A DNA stretch of 64,000 bases from a virus, in the IMG/VR virus record IMGVR_UViG_3300048687_000113, positions 32,001 to 96,000 of that record. One strand, 5' to 3'. The notes under the pieces were generated by a model. The model had not been told where the DNA came from and did not search any database. It saw nothing but the letters and a program-made list of their open reading frames with translations. Of this stretch, positions 46,280 to 56,139 are shown piece by piece (the stretch's first letter is position 1; every line of letters begins with the position of its first letter). The position numbers were made by a program, and so were the translations under genes.

Positions 46280-48279
46280 TGCCGATGACCACACCGACGA
46301 CTTTCGCCTACAAGCGCCCGGGTGTGTACATCACCGAGAGCTTGAACCCCCTGCCGCAGCCGGTTTCCCCGCCCGGCCTCGCCATAGCAACCTTCGTCGG
46401 CACCCATGACGCCGGCCCCTCCAATCCCGTGAAGGTCACGAGCTGGGAGCAGTTCGTCAGCCTCTACGGCGGCTTCGGGAACGGCCTCAACTACCTGCCT
46501 TTTCAGGTCTATTCCTACTTCGCGAACGGCGGTTCTCAGGCGTGGATTCTGCGGGCCACTCCCACTGATTCCGTCGCCGCGCGTCTGGTCGTGAAGAACC
46601 AGCCGCTGCCGCCGCCGGAGAACATCGTCGCGACACCCGACGGGGCGGCGCCCAGCGGATCGGGCACCAAGCCCTCCAGCAAGGTCACCAACGTGACGCT
46701 CAGCGCTCCCTCGGGGAACGTCACCGCGAATCCGGAGCAGACCGGCTTCCAGATCGAATGGGACGCTGTCACCCCGGCGGCTTCGGTCGACGCCTACGAG
46801 GTCGTCGTCACCCGGCCCGACGAAGGGTCCTTCTCGAAGTCGATCTGGGTCGCCCAGCCTGCCGAGGGCAAGCCCACGGCGGCGTTCACGGCCCTGGCGC
46901 CGGACACCACGTACTCCGTGCAGATCACGCCGTACAAGGGCGCCACGGCCGGCGACCCGATGACGGCGGCAGCCACATTCAACACGGCCGCCGGATACAC
47001 CTCTGTCGATGCCCTCCAGGTCACGGCACGCGGCCGGGGCGCGTACGGCAACAAGATCTTCATCAGCACCACGCCGAGCTGGACAACGGGCCGCTTCCAT
47101 CTCTTCGTCAAGTACGGCTCGACCAACCAGTCTTCGCTCGTCGAGACCTGGCAGGACGTCTCCCTCAACCCCGGTGACCCGCGCTACGTCGTCGGGCTCA
47201 TCAATTCCTCCACGGGCGGCTCCACCTACATCGCCGTGCAGAACCAGCTCCCCCCGACCTCGACGGCGCCGGGCACGGGCCCCACCCCGGACGCCTCCTG
47301 GCAGCCGGAGTACCTCGCCGACGCCCCGCTGGAGACCGGCACCGACGGCGTCCTGGCCGTGAACCTGGCCGAGCAGCTCAGCACGCAGTTCGGCTCCGTC
47401 TCGGACGTGCTCCTGATCAATCTGTGCGGCAACACCTCGATGCCGGACCACATCCCGGCGCAGACCCAGATCAACTCCGTGCTGTCCTGGGTCGAGCAGC
47501 GGCGCGGTGCCTTCCTCGTTCTCGACGCTCCGCGCCAGCCGGCCCCGATCACTTCGGACGTGGCCGCGACCAAGTACACGGAGACGATCGGCGGTTATGC
47601 GCCGCAGTCTTCCTACGCGGCGTTTTACGGCCCGTGGATTCAGGTGGCCGACCCCGCCGGCGCCTCGGTGTCCTCGACGCGGATGCTCCCGCCGGCCGGT
47701 GCGGTGATGGGCCAGTACGCGCAGGCGGACGCGGCTGTCGGCCCCAACCGGAGCCCGGCTGGTGTCGCCTACAGCCTGGTCGGGGCGGTGGGAGTAGAGA
47801 ACCAGTTCACCCTGGACCAGCTCGACGCGCTCAACCAGCTCGGCTGCAATGTGATCCGCCCGGTGCCCCAGAGCGGCTTTTGCATCATGGGCGCCCGGAC
47901 GCTTCGACAGGGAATGCCGGACCGCTACATCGCCATCCGGCGCATGCTCACGTACCTGGAAAATCTCCTGGAGAACGCGACCCGGTTTGCCGTTTTCGAG
48001 CCCAATGGACCGGCGCTGTGGCAGACCCTCGACGCGCTGGTGACGCAGCAGCTCCTCACTCTGACGCAGGCAGACCAGCTTCAGTCGTCGGTTCCCGACC
48101 AGGCTTTCTTCGTGGTTTGCGACGAAACGAACAACACCGCGCAGACCATCGCCAACGGTGAAATCCACATTTCGGTCGGTGTCGCGCTGGCGAGCCCGGC
48201 AGAGTTTATCGTCATTGAGATCAGCCAGTATCAGGGCGGCCTCTCGGCGAGCACTTCGTCGGTCGAGTCCTCCATCTGA
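46279..48279 (+). CDS. Contractile tail sheath protein with FN3 insertion
   Basis: RPGVYITE, YFANGG, YGPWI, PPAG, GARTL, YIAIRR, VFEPN, PAEFIVI. Confidence 0.93.
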   Translation: MPMTTPTTFAYKRPGVYITESLNPLPQPVSPPGLAIATFVGTHDAGPSNPVKVTSWEQFVSLYGGFGNGLNYLPFQVYSYFANGGSQAWILRATPTDSVAARLVVKNQPLPPPENIVATPDGAAPSGSGTKPSSKVTNVTLSAPSGNVTANPEQTGFQIEWDAVTPAASVDAYEVVVTRPDEGSFSKSIWVAQPAEGKPTAAFTALAPDTTYSVQITPYKGATAGDPMTAAATFNTAAGYTSVDALQVTARGRGAYGNKIFISTTPSWTTGRFHLFVKYGSTNQSSLVETWQDVSLNPGDPRYVVGLINSSTGGSTYIAVQNQLPPTSTAPGTGPTPDASWQPEYLADAPLETGTDGVLAVNLAEQLSTQFGSVSDVLLINLCGNTSMPDHIPAQTQINSVLSWVEQRRGAFLVLDAPRQPAPITSDVAATKYTETIGGYAPQSSYAAFYGPWIQVADPAGASVSSTRMLPPAGAVMGQYAQADAAVGPNRSPAGVAYSLVGAVGVENQFTLDQLDALNQLGCNVIRPVPQSGFCIMGARTLRQGMPDRYIAIRRMLTYLENLLENATRFAVFEPNGPALWQTLDALVTQQLLTLTQADQLQSSVPDQAFFVVCDETNNTAQTIANGEIHISVGVALASPAEFIVIEISQYQGGLSASTSSVESSI

Positions 48280-48356
48280 CCGACACCAACCAGCTTTACC
48301 GCCTCTCATTCCCACTCGTTTTCGGCGGCCCTCCGACCGGGATTGAGAGGTGACCA

Positions 48357-48941
48357 GTGGGAGCCACGACCACAACGCAGAAGCCTTCGCTCGCACAGCT
48401 CCAGACGGACCCCCTGAGGAATTTCAAATTTCAGGTGATGATTCACCTGGCGAATTCCACGCTGGACTCCAGCAAGCGGTCCAACCAACTGGGCTTCATG
48501 TCCGTTTCCGGCCTGTCGATCACCACGGACGTGGTGGTCTACCGGCAGGGCGGCATGAACACAACAACGCAGAAAATGCCTGGTCAGAGCGATTTTGCCC
48601 CCATCACGCTCTCGCGTGGGCTCATCTGTGGCGACTCCGACATCTACGCCTGGCTGAAGCAGCTCTTCATGGTCATGCAGGGCACCGGCGGAAATGACGG
48701 CTCCTACAATTTCCGCGCCACGATGGACATCTTCCTCCTCGACCACCCGGTGACCACGTCGAGTGTCACCTATAAGGCCGGTTGGCGCGTCTACAACTGC
48801 TGGCCGACCTCAATTGCATTCGGCGATCTCGACAGTGGCGCGAACGGAGTTGAACTCCAGCAGATCACCCTCGCGCACGAAGGTTGGGATTTCAAGATCG
48901 CCAGCAAGTACGGGCCGGGCTCCGGCATTTCCCTGCCGTAA
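48357..48941 (+). CDS. Tail tube protein (T4 gp19-like)
   Basis: DPLRNFKF, SVSGL, YRQGG, KMPG, ITLSRG, NCWP, TLAHEG. Confidence 0.9.
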   Translation: MGATTTTQKPSLAQLQTDPLRNFKFQVMIHLANSTLDSSKRSNQLGFMSVSGLSITTDVVVYRQGGMNTTTQKMPGQSDFAPITLSRGLICGDSDIYAWLKQLFMVMQGTGGNDGSYNFRATMDIFLLDHPVTTSSVTYKAGWRVYNCWPTSIAFGDLDSGANGVELQQITLAHEGWDFKIASKYGPGSGISLP

Positions 48942-48971
48942 TTCCGACCCCATTCAAAGGACGACACGATC

Positions 48972-49829
48972 ATGACTGAACCCATTGCGCTCCCCGACTT
49001 CGACGCCTTCGGCGACCAGGCCATCAAGGGGCTCGACAACCCTGACCAGGCCACCGCAGCCACCCAGGCCCTCCTCAAGGAGGACCGGAATTCCGGCGAG
49101 CCCCAGATCAGCGAGCCCGCCGAAAACTGCCTCACCCTGGAGCGCGGCATCTGCCGCGAAGGAACCTGGTCCCGCGACGCAGAGGTGAAGGAACTCACCG
49201 GGGCCGACGAAGAAGCAATCGCCGCCGCCGGCAGCAACTCGTACAAGGTCTTCGAGACCCTGCTGCTGCGCGGCACCGTCTCCGTCGGCAACGAACCCAT
49301 GACGCGGGCCCTGGCCAGCGAACTCCTCATCGGGGACCGCGAGTACCTCGTCATGGCCATCCGCCGCGCGACGTTCGGCGACGACCTCGAATTCGTCGAA
49401 CTCCCCTGCCCCCACTGCAACGAACTCGTCGACCTCACCGTCCCGCTCGACGCAGTGCCGTTCACCCGCCTCGACGACCCCGAGCAGACCGAGTTCGAGG
49501 TCCCCCTGCGGCACGGTGACAGCGCGGTGGTCCGCCTCCCCACGGGCGAGGACCAGGCGGCCGTCTTCGCCGTCAGGGACGGCAACACCGCCAAGCAGGA
49601 CAGCGTCGTCCTCGACCGCTGCGTACTGCGCCTCCGGCACGCCGACGGGACCGAGACCAAGCGCCCGCCGGCCGCCTCCCTGGCCATGAGCGCCCGCAAG
49701 GAAATCCTCGCGTTCCTCACGAAGACCCAGCCGGGCCCCCGCTACGCGGACTTCTCCTTCACGCACGACCCGTGCGGAAAGGAGGTCCCGCTGCCCATCT
49801 CGCTGGCTGTGCTGTTTCGCGGAATGTGA
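48972..49829 (+). CDS. Tail assembly chaperone / baseplate hub assembly protein
   Basis: ELTGADEE, GDREYL...IRRATFG, CPHC. Confidence 0.75.
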   Translation: MTEPIALPDFDAFGDQAIKGLDNPDQATAATQALLKEDRNSGEPQISEPAENCLTLERGICREGTWSRDAEVKELTGADEEAIAAAGSNSYKVFETLLLRGTVSVGNEPMTRALASELLIGDREYLVMAIRRATFGDDLEFVELPCPHCNELVDLTVPLDAVPFTRLDDPEQTEFEVPLRHGDSAVVRLPTGEDQAAVFAVRDGNTAKQDSVVLDRCVLRLRHADGTETKRPPAASLAMSARKEILAFLTKTQPGPRYADFSFTHDPCGKEVPLPISLAVLFRGM

Positions 49830-49971
49830 CTACCGCCGCGCATTCAGCGAGATCGAAATCCTCACCCTCGTCCACCCCGCCTGGCAACTGACGGAAATCA
49901 AGAGCCTCTCCATCCGTGAACGGCGCCACTGGATCAGCCGAGCCGCCTGGGAAGTAGAAAGGAGGGCGTAA
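49816..49971 (+). CDS. Startless chaperone extension in +1 frame (G-T type frameshift product)
   Basis: ...DYRRAFSEIEIL...WQLTEIKSLSIRERRHWI..* ends just before tape-measure GTG; no start codon. Confidence 0.7.
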   Translation, partial: FAECDYRRAFSEIEILTLVHPAWQLTEIKSLSIRERRHWISRAAWEVERRA

Positions 49972-52872
49972 GTGGCCACCCCACCCCCGCCGCCCAATCC
50001 GCCCCCCGCCCCGACGAACCAACTCGGCAACCAGATCGACGCCTTGACCAGGGCGTTCACCAGTTTCACCAACCGGTTCGCGAGTTCGGCCGGCCTCGGC
50101 ACGCTGAGCATGGGGGCCTATGGCCCCATGGGCGGACAGACCCGCCAGGATCACCAGCTCGGCAATCTCCAGCAGCAGTACCTCCAGACGAACCAGGCGC
50201 ACATCGTCGCCCGCCAGCGCATGGAGGACGACGTCCAGCAGCAGCAGATCCGCTGGGCACAGCAGCGGCGCACGCAACTGGGCATCATCAACAATCCGAG
50301 GTCCACGCTCGCCCAGGAGACCGAGGCCCGCCAGCGCCTCGGAGAGGGCTCGCAGCTCAACCGGATTCGCACGGACGCCATCGACCGCGACTGGCAACTG
50401 CGGGAGAACAACTTCTCCGGGTCGATGGTCCGCATGAACTCCGACATGGACCGGCTGCGCCAGCAGTCCGCCCAGACGACCACCATGAACCGGCTCGCGT
50501 TCGCCGGCCAGGTCACCGGCTCCGTCGTCGGGGCCGCGAGGAGCTACTACAGCGGCGACATCGAAGAACAGCTCGGCCAGTTCGAGCGGCGCCTGTCACT
50601 CCAGCGTCCCTCGTGGAAGGGCACCTCCGGCGAGCGAGCGCGCAGCCTCGGCTACGAGATGAAGCGCAACGGCTCGCTGCTCTGGGCCACCTCGAACGAG
50701 GACGCCATCGGCGGGCAGACGGACATCCTCAACCAGAACCCCTACGACCAGTACACGCGTCAGACCCGCCGGGCCACCGGAGCCGCCTACGTCACCCCCG
50801 GCCTGGGCGTTCAGGGCGGCGCGCAGATGCAGCAGGAACTCGGCACCGGTCAAGCCTTCTACGCGTCCCAAATGTTCGGCCTGGCGCCGACGCGGTTCGG
50901 CGGCGGTGAGCAGAATTCCCCGGCCGCGATGGCGCTGTCGCTCGCGCAGAGGGTGAATGGCGGTGACTTCAAGAACCTGACTGGCTCCGAGCTGCATGCC
51001 CAGCTCGCCCAGGGCGGCTCGCTGTCCATGTCGATGGCCAACTGGGGCAAGGCTGCCGGGGTTTCCGGCCAGTCGCTCGAAGCCATGCGCAACCAGACCG
51101 AGCTTCTGCGCGACTTGGTCAACCCGGAGAAGAAGGGCCTGAAGGGGGTTTCGGAGAAGCGTGCTCTGAAGCTGATCGAAAACGCGGGCCGGCACGACGA
51201 CACCGGCGAAGAGTCCCGCGAGGAGATTCAGAAGTACTCCGACAGCGTCGGCAAGAGCTACCAGGACTCCCAGCGCTTCCTCGCCGGCACCAGCCGCGAG
51301 GGGCATCTGCCCGCCAGCGCCAGCTTCCTCGACGCCGCGCGGGCCAGCGCCGACACCCTCGCCGACATCAAGACGATTCTGCAAAAGGCCCTCGAACCGA
51401 TGGCCGACGCGATCGGCTCCGTGGCCGGCAGCTCCAAGGGAGGCGGGTTCTGGGGGTCGTTGGGGTCCGGCCTGAAGTCCGGGTGGAACTGGGGCGACAA
51501 CCTCGTCTTCGGCGACGCCGGCGAGGGGACCGAACAGGACTCCCTCGCCAAGAAGGCATGGCGGGGCATCAGCGGGATCTTCGGCGGTGATTCCGGTACG
51601 CCGGAGTCCAAGCAGGGCAGCTCGGGGAAGAAGAAGTCGGACTCGGCCGGCGTCGCGGGCGGCGGCGTCAGCAGCGCCATCGGATTCGCCCGCGCGCAGC
51701 TCGGCGACCGCTACGTGCTGGGCGCCACCGGCCCCAACGCCTGGGACTGCTCAAGCCTCATGCAGGCCGCCTACAAGAAGGCCGGCGTCAACCTGCCGCG
51801 AGTCACCTACGACCAGATCAAAAAGGGCGTCGAAGTCCCGATGGACGAGATCAAGCCTGGCGATCTCGTGTTCTACAAAGACCTCTCCCACGTCGGGATG
51901 TACACCGGAAGCGGCAAAGTACTCGAAGCCGCGAATCCCGGGCGAGGCGTCGTCGAAGGCCCGATGTACTCAAAGTTCAAGAGGGCCCGGCGCGTTCTGG
52001 CCGGCGGCATGGAGGCCAAGGCCAGCCTTTCCGGAGAGAACGAAGATCCGACCTCTTCGCAGTCCGGAGGCGGCGGACTCAAGATATCGGGCGCCTACGG
52101 GTCCGTAGAAGAGGTCGACGCGCTTGCCGCAGCATTGTCGGGCGGCGGCGGTGACCAGGCCGTCAGCCGCACCCCGAGTGCCTCGCAGAACGAAGAGGCC
52201 GAGGACGAGGGGAGCAGCGACGCCGGCAAGGATGCCCCGCACAACGTGCAGAAGAACGTCGCACTCGGCAAGAAGATGGCCGCCTCCTACGGCTGGACGG
52301 GCAGTAACTGGACCGCGCTCTACAAGCTGTGGATGGGCGAGTCCGGGTGGCGGCACTGGGCCGACAACCCCAACTCCGACGCGTACGGCATCCCGCAGGC
52401 GATGTCGAACATCCATAAGGAGACCGCGACTGCCGCCTGGCGCAACTCCCCCGAGAAGCAGATCGCTTGGGGTCTGAAATACATCAAGGGCCGCTACGGC
52501 AGCCCCTCCCGGGCGTGGTCGTTCTGGAACTCCAAGAGTCCCCACTGGTATGCCGACGGCGCATGGGAAGTGCCGGGACAGTCCGGTGAAGGCATCGACG
52601 CGAAATTGCACGGCGGCGAAATGGTGCTGGAGCGCAATGCCGCTCACACCGTCCGCCAGGCGCTCCTCAACCAGGGACTGACACCGTCACCGAACCAGGG
52701 CTCTGGCGCCTCCGGCGGCTCCACGGGGTCGGTCACGCTCCAGTTCGGCGCCGGCTCCGTCGTCGTGCAGATGCCGGCCGCCACCGCCGAGGGCGCGAAG
52801 TCGGCCGCCAGCTCCTTCGTCAGCTACGTCGCCGCCGACGACCGCATCAAGTCCCTGATGGGGGGCTGGTAG
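49972..52872 (+). CDS. Tape-measure protein with NlpC/P60 and transglycosylase-like domains
   Basis: YVLGATGPNAWDCSSL..HVGMY; ESGW...AYGIPQA...YIKGRYGSP. Confidence 0.85.
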   Translation: MATPPPPPNPPPAPTNQLGNQIDALTRAFTSFTNRFASSAGLGTLSMGAYGPMGGQTRQDHQLGNLQQQYLQTNQAHIVARQRMEDDVQQQQIRWAQQRRTQLGIINNPRSTLAQETEARQRLGEGSQLNRIRTDAIDRDWQLRENNFSGSMVRMNSDMDRLRQQSAQTTTMNRLAFAGQVTGSVVGAARSYYSGDIEEQLGQFERRLSLQRPSWKGTSGERARSLGYEMKRNGSLLWATSNEDAIGGQTDILNQNPYDQYTRQTRRATGAAYVTPGLGVQGGAQMQQELGTGQAFYASQMFGLAPTRFGGGEQNSPAAMALSLAQRVNGGDFKNLTGSELHAQLAQGGSLSMSMANWGKAAGVSGQSLEAMRNQTELLRDLVNPEKKGLKGVSEKRALKLIENAGRHDDTGEESREEIQKYSDSVGKSYQDSQRFLAGTSREGHLPASASFLDAARASADTLADIKTILQKALEPMADAIGSVAGSSKGGGFWGSLGSGLKSGWNWGDNLVFGDAGEGTEQDSLAKKAWRGISGIFGGDSGTPESKQGSSGKKKSDSAGVAGGGVSSAIGFARAQLGDRYVLGATGPNAWDCSSLMQAAYKKAGVNLPRVTYDQIKKGVEVPMDEIKPGDLVFYKDLSHVGMYTGSGKVLEAANPGRGVVEGPMYSKFKRARRVLAGGMEAKASLSGENEDPTSSQSGGGGLKISGAYGSVEEVDALAAALSGGGGDQAVSRTPSASQNEEAEDEGSSDAGKDAPHNVQKNVALGKKMAASYGWTGSNWTALYKLWMGESGWRHWADNPNSDAYGIPQAMSNIHKETATAAWRNSPEKQIAWGLKYIKGRYGSPSRAWSFWNSKSPHWYADGAWEVPGQSGEGIDAKLHGGEMVLERNAAHTVRQALLNQGLTPSPNQGSGASGGSTGSVTLQFGAGSVVVQMPAATAEGAKSAASSFVSYVAADDRIKSLMGGW

Positions 52873-52955
52873 CAGCCATCGCCCCGCACTGTTTCTGAGA
52901 CTCATGGCCAGCCTTCATTTCTGCTCGGTTCCGCTGGCGGAACTGGAGGCTTCAC

Positions 52956-53678
52956 ATGGCCGAGAAGAAGTCGGACGGTCCGGTCAATCTGCCAGCCAAG
53001 GGGATCTGGGAGAACACGTTCGACCGCCGAATCCAGAACATCCCTTCTTACCTTCCCGGCGAGCCGGGGACCAGCTTCGGGCTCCAGCGGGGCTACATGG
53101 TCTCCGCGTTCCCGAAGGACAGCAAGGCCAAGAAAAACCGGTTCTACATGCTGAATTTCCTGTACAACCCGTCGCAGGTCAGCGTGAACCACAGTACCGA
53201 CGCAGCGAATCAGGTCATGCCGGCGTACACGCGCTCCGACTTGGACAACGGGATGCCGTTGGTAGCGGCGGGCGGCTCGCTGTCCTTCGCGCTGCTTTTC
53301 GACCGCACCTACGAGATGTCGGACCCCACCAAGTTCGACACGATCGAGGGCACATACGGGGTGATGGCCGATGTGCACGTGCTCTACAACCTCCTCGGCA
53401 TCACCGCGACGCAGAAGGTCAAGGAAACCGGCAGTGAGGGCGACAACACCTACGACGGCAACGTGCTCGGCATTATGCAGATGAGCCCGCTGTGGTGTCG
53501 CTTCGGGCAGGCCCGCCACTCTTTCAAGGACAAGCTGCCGGCGATCTCCAGAATGGAGTACTTCGGGTACGTCAACAACATCGGGATTACCTATAGCCAT
53601 TTCACGCAGCGTATGACGCCTGTGCGGTGCGCCGTCGACATCAGCATGACGCTCATGTCGTCCTACGGATGGGTGTGA
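52956..53678 (+). CDS. Baseplate tube-initiator-like protein
   Basis: FLYNPSQV, LLFDRT, YSHF...M.P. Confidence 0.65.
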   Translation: MAEKKSDGPVNLPAKGIWENTFDRRIQNIPSYLPGEPGTSFGLQRGYMVSAFPKDSKAKKNRFYMLNFLYNPSQVSVNHSTDAANQVMPAYTRSDLDNGMPLVAAGGSLSFALLFDRTYEMSDPTKFDTIEGTYGVMADVHVLYNLLGITATQKVKETGSEGDNTYDGNVLGIMQMSPLWCRFGQARHSFKDKLPAISRMEYFGYVNNIGITYSHFTQRMTPVRCAVDISMTLMSSYGWV

Positions 53679-53687
53679 GGAGAGGCA

Positions 53688-53972
53688 ATGGCCATTTCCC
53701 GGACGTCGCGATATCAGCGCAACGCGACGGCACTCGTCGCCGACCGCAAAGGGCAGCTCCAGCTCGCCGTGATGCAGCGCTCGCCCACCGACCAGTCGCT
53801 GCGTGTGTCGGACTACCGGTGGCGCAGCGGCGAGCGTGTCGACTCCGTCGCCAGCGAGTACTACGGCAGCGAGACGAGCTGGTGGATGTACGCCGAGGCG
53901 AACCCGCAGGTGCTCGACTGGACGAATCCGCCGGCCGGCCTTCAGATCATGGTGCCCCGTGGCGTGGCGTAA
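53688..53972 (+). CDS. LysM / tail-X-like baseplate protein
   Basis: SRY...GERVDSVASEYYG...WW..AEANP. Confidence 0.75.
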   Translation: MAISRTSRYQRNATALVADRKGQLQLAVMQRSPTDQSLRVSDYRWRSGERVDSVASEYYGSETSWWMYAEANPQVLDWTNPPAGLQIMVPRGVA

Positions 53973-55158
53973 CACGTACAAGCCCCATCTGACGGCCTCG
54001 CAGCCCGCGTTGGAGAGCGGCGCGTGGCTGTCGAGCTTCGAGCTGTATCAGGCCGAGCAGGCGCACCAGGTCGCCGAGCTGACGGTGATGCACACCTACA
54101 ACCCCGCGCTGCCCTCCCAGCAGTGGCGGACCCCGGCCGGGTCGGTGTGGGCGGAGAACACGCCGGTTCATCTGAAGTTCGGGTGGTGGGCGGACGACAG
54201 CGCCGACTGGTACGGGTACGTGGCCTCCTCCCGGGTGCTCGCCTCGGAGAGCGATCCCCGTTATGGGCACGCGGTGCAGATACCCGTGGTCTACACGCTC
54301 ACCGGCACCAGCATGCTGACGCAGACCCGCCGCAACCGGACCTGGCGCGACACCTCGGCGTCCGCCATTGCGAGGACAGTGGCCTCCGAGTACAACCTTC
54401 AGCCGCGAGTCGACGGCTCCAGCGTGGTCTTCGCGCAGCAGATGCAGTCCATGAGCGACTGGCAGTTCCTGTGCGACATCTCCGACCAGATCGGCTACCG
54501 CGTCTACGTGGACGGCACCGTGATGTGGTTCGTGGACCGCGAGACGGTCATGCCGGCCTCCGACGGGAGCGTGCCTACGTTCCGGATGACTAAGGCGCCC
54601 GGGGCCATCGACACCTTGCGCGAGTTCTCGGCCGTCCTGGGCGACACGGACCCCGCAGGAGGCGTCCGGGCGCGGTACCAGGCAGTGGCCTACAACCGCA
54701 CCTCCAGCGTCCTCACACCGGCCACGTACTCCCAGAGCCGGACCACTTTGCACGGGCAGCAGGTCGCGGCCCTCCTGGACCGGCAGTACGGCGACCGGCC
54801 GGCCGCGTCCTACAACCAGGCGAACCGGCTGCTGGCCGCCGAGTCGGACTGGCTGTGGGTCGAGGCCCGCGCGGAATCCAACGGGGACCCGCGCCTGAGG
54901 CCGGGCACACTCGTGGACCTCCAGGGCAACGCGGTCGGCGAGAGCAATCTGGGCCTGTGGATGGTGCGTTCCGCCGTCCACAAGATCAACATCAACCTGG
55001 TGTACCCGCAGAAGACGACGTACACCTCCACCCTCGTGCTCGGCCGCAACGACGCCCGCAAGTTGGACCTTCGGGTGCAGCAGCCGCCCGTGCATCCCGC
55101 GCCGACCGTCCTCGTCAACGGCCGCTGGCGGGCCGCGTACACGGGAGGGCTGACATGA
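53959..55158 (+). CDS. Baseplate hub (late control D / gp27-like)
   Basis: ASAIARTVA, SDWQFL, GDPRLRPG. Confidence 0.75.
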   Translation: MAWRNTYKPHLTASQPALESGAWLSSFELYQAEQAHQVAELTVMHTYNPALPSQQWRTPAGSVWAENTPVHLKFGWWADDSADWYGYVASSRVLASESDPRYGHAVQIPVVYTLTGTSMLTQTRRNRTWRDTSASAIARTVASEYNLQPRVDGSSVVFAQQMQSMSDWQFLCDISDQIGYRVYVDGTVMWFVDRETVMPASDGSVPTFRMTKAPGAIDTLREFSAVLGDTDPAGGVRARYQAVAYNRTSSVLTPATYSQSRTTLHGQQVAALLDRQYGDRPAASYNQANRLLAAESDWLWVEARAESNGDPRLRPGTLVDLQGNAVGESNLGLWMVRSAVHKININLVYPQKTTYTSTLVLGRNDARKLDLRVQQPPVHPAPTVLVNGRWRAAYTGGLT

Positions 55159-56126
55159 CGGCTCTGTACGGGACCTACAGCGCCATCGTGGTCTCCGCCC
55201 AGGACCCGCAGCATCGCGGCCGGGCGCAACTGCGCATCCCCCAGATCATGGGGACGGCGGTGAGCGGCTGGGCAGTGCCGGTCACCCTCGGCGCGGTCCT
55301 GCCCGGCGACCAGGTGTACGTGATGTTCGACGGCGGCGACCGCTCGGTGCCGCTGTTTTGGCCTCAGCCGCGCGGCGGCGCACAGGGCTGGGTTCCACTG
55401 TCGCTGTCGGCCGGCTGGGCTCCTGGCATCAACGGGACGCCGTCGGCCCGCCTCGGCCAGGACGGCATGATCGAGCTGGCAGGGTCGATCACCACCGACA
55501 CCCTCAGCGTCGGCGTCTCCACGAAGTTCTCGGCACTGCCCGGCGGCCTCGGCCGGCCGGTGCACCGGGTTATCCAGCCGGTCGCCACCGACTACCGCAC
55601 CGCCTTCCGCTCCACGGTCGCGTTCGCCGAGTACCGCATCTCGCATTCGGTGACCTCCACGAGCTACGGCCCCGATGCCAACGGGCCCGTCGCCACGTTC
55701 GTCGCCCCCGGCAGCGGCGCCGCCGCCATCGTCTTCGGCGCACACGTACAGAACACGGTCAGCACAGGGCGTGCCGTAATGAGCCTCCAGGTCTCGGGAA
55801 CCACCGGCGTGGTCGCCCCGGCCGACGACAACCACGCGGCGGAAGGCCAGAGCGCCAACAACGCCACCGTCGCCGGCTCCTACTTCCTGACCGGGCTCAC
55901 CCCCGGCTCGACGTACACCGTCACCGCGATGTACCGCTCCGACGGCACCAACAACTCGGCCACCTTCGACAACAAATGGATCACCGTGACGCCCACCGTC
56001 ATGGACAACTCGCCGATGGCCCGCATCGCCGTCGAGACCAGCGGAGAGCTGCGCGCGCTCTTCGCCGCCTCGCACTATCCGCCGTACGCGGCCTCGCTGG
56101 ACGGCGTGCGCGTGCGCGCCGTGTAA
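55155..56126 (+). CDS. Baseplate spike (gp5/VgrG OB-fold) with extended C-terminus
   Basis: YGTYSAIV...DPQHRGR...P...SGWA...GDQVYVMFDGGD...P. Confidence 0.8.
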   Translation: MTALYGTYSAIVVSAQDPQHRGRAQLRIPQIMGTAVSGWAVPVTLGAVLPGDQVYVMFDGGDRSVPLFWPQPRGGAQGWVPLSLSAGWAPGINGTPSARLGQDGMIELAGSITTDTLSVGVSTKFSALPGGLGRPVHRVIQPVATDYRTAFRSTVAFAEYRISHSVTSTSYGPDANGPVATFVAPGSGAAAIVFGAHVQNTVSTGRAVMSLQVSGTTGVVAPADDNHAAEGQSANNATVAGSYFLTGLTPGSTYTVTAMYRSDGTNNSATFDNKWITVTPTVMDNSPMARIAVETSGELRALFAASHYPPYAASLDGVRVRAV

Positions 56127-56139
56127 AGGAGAGAAGGCA

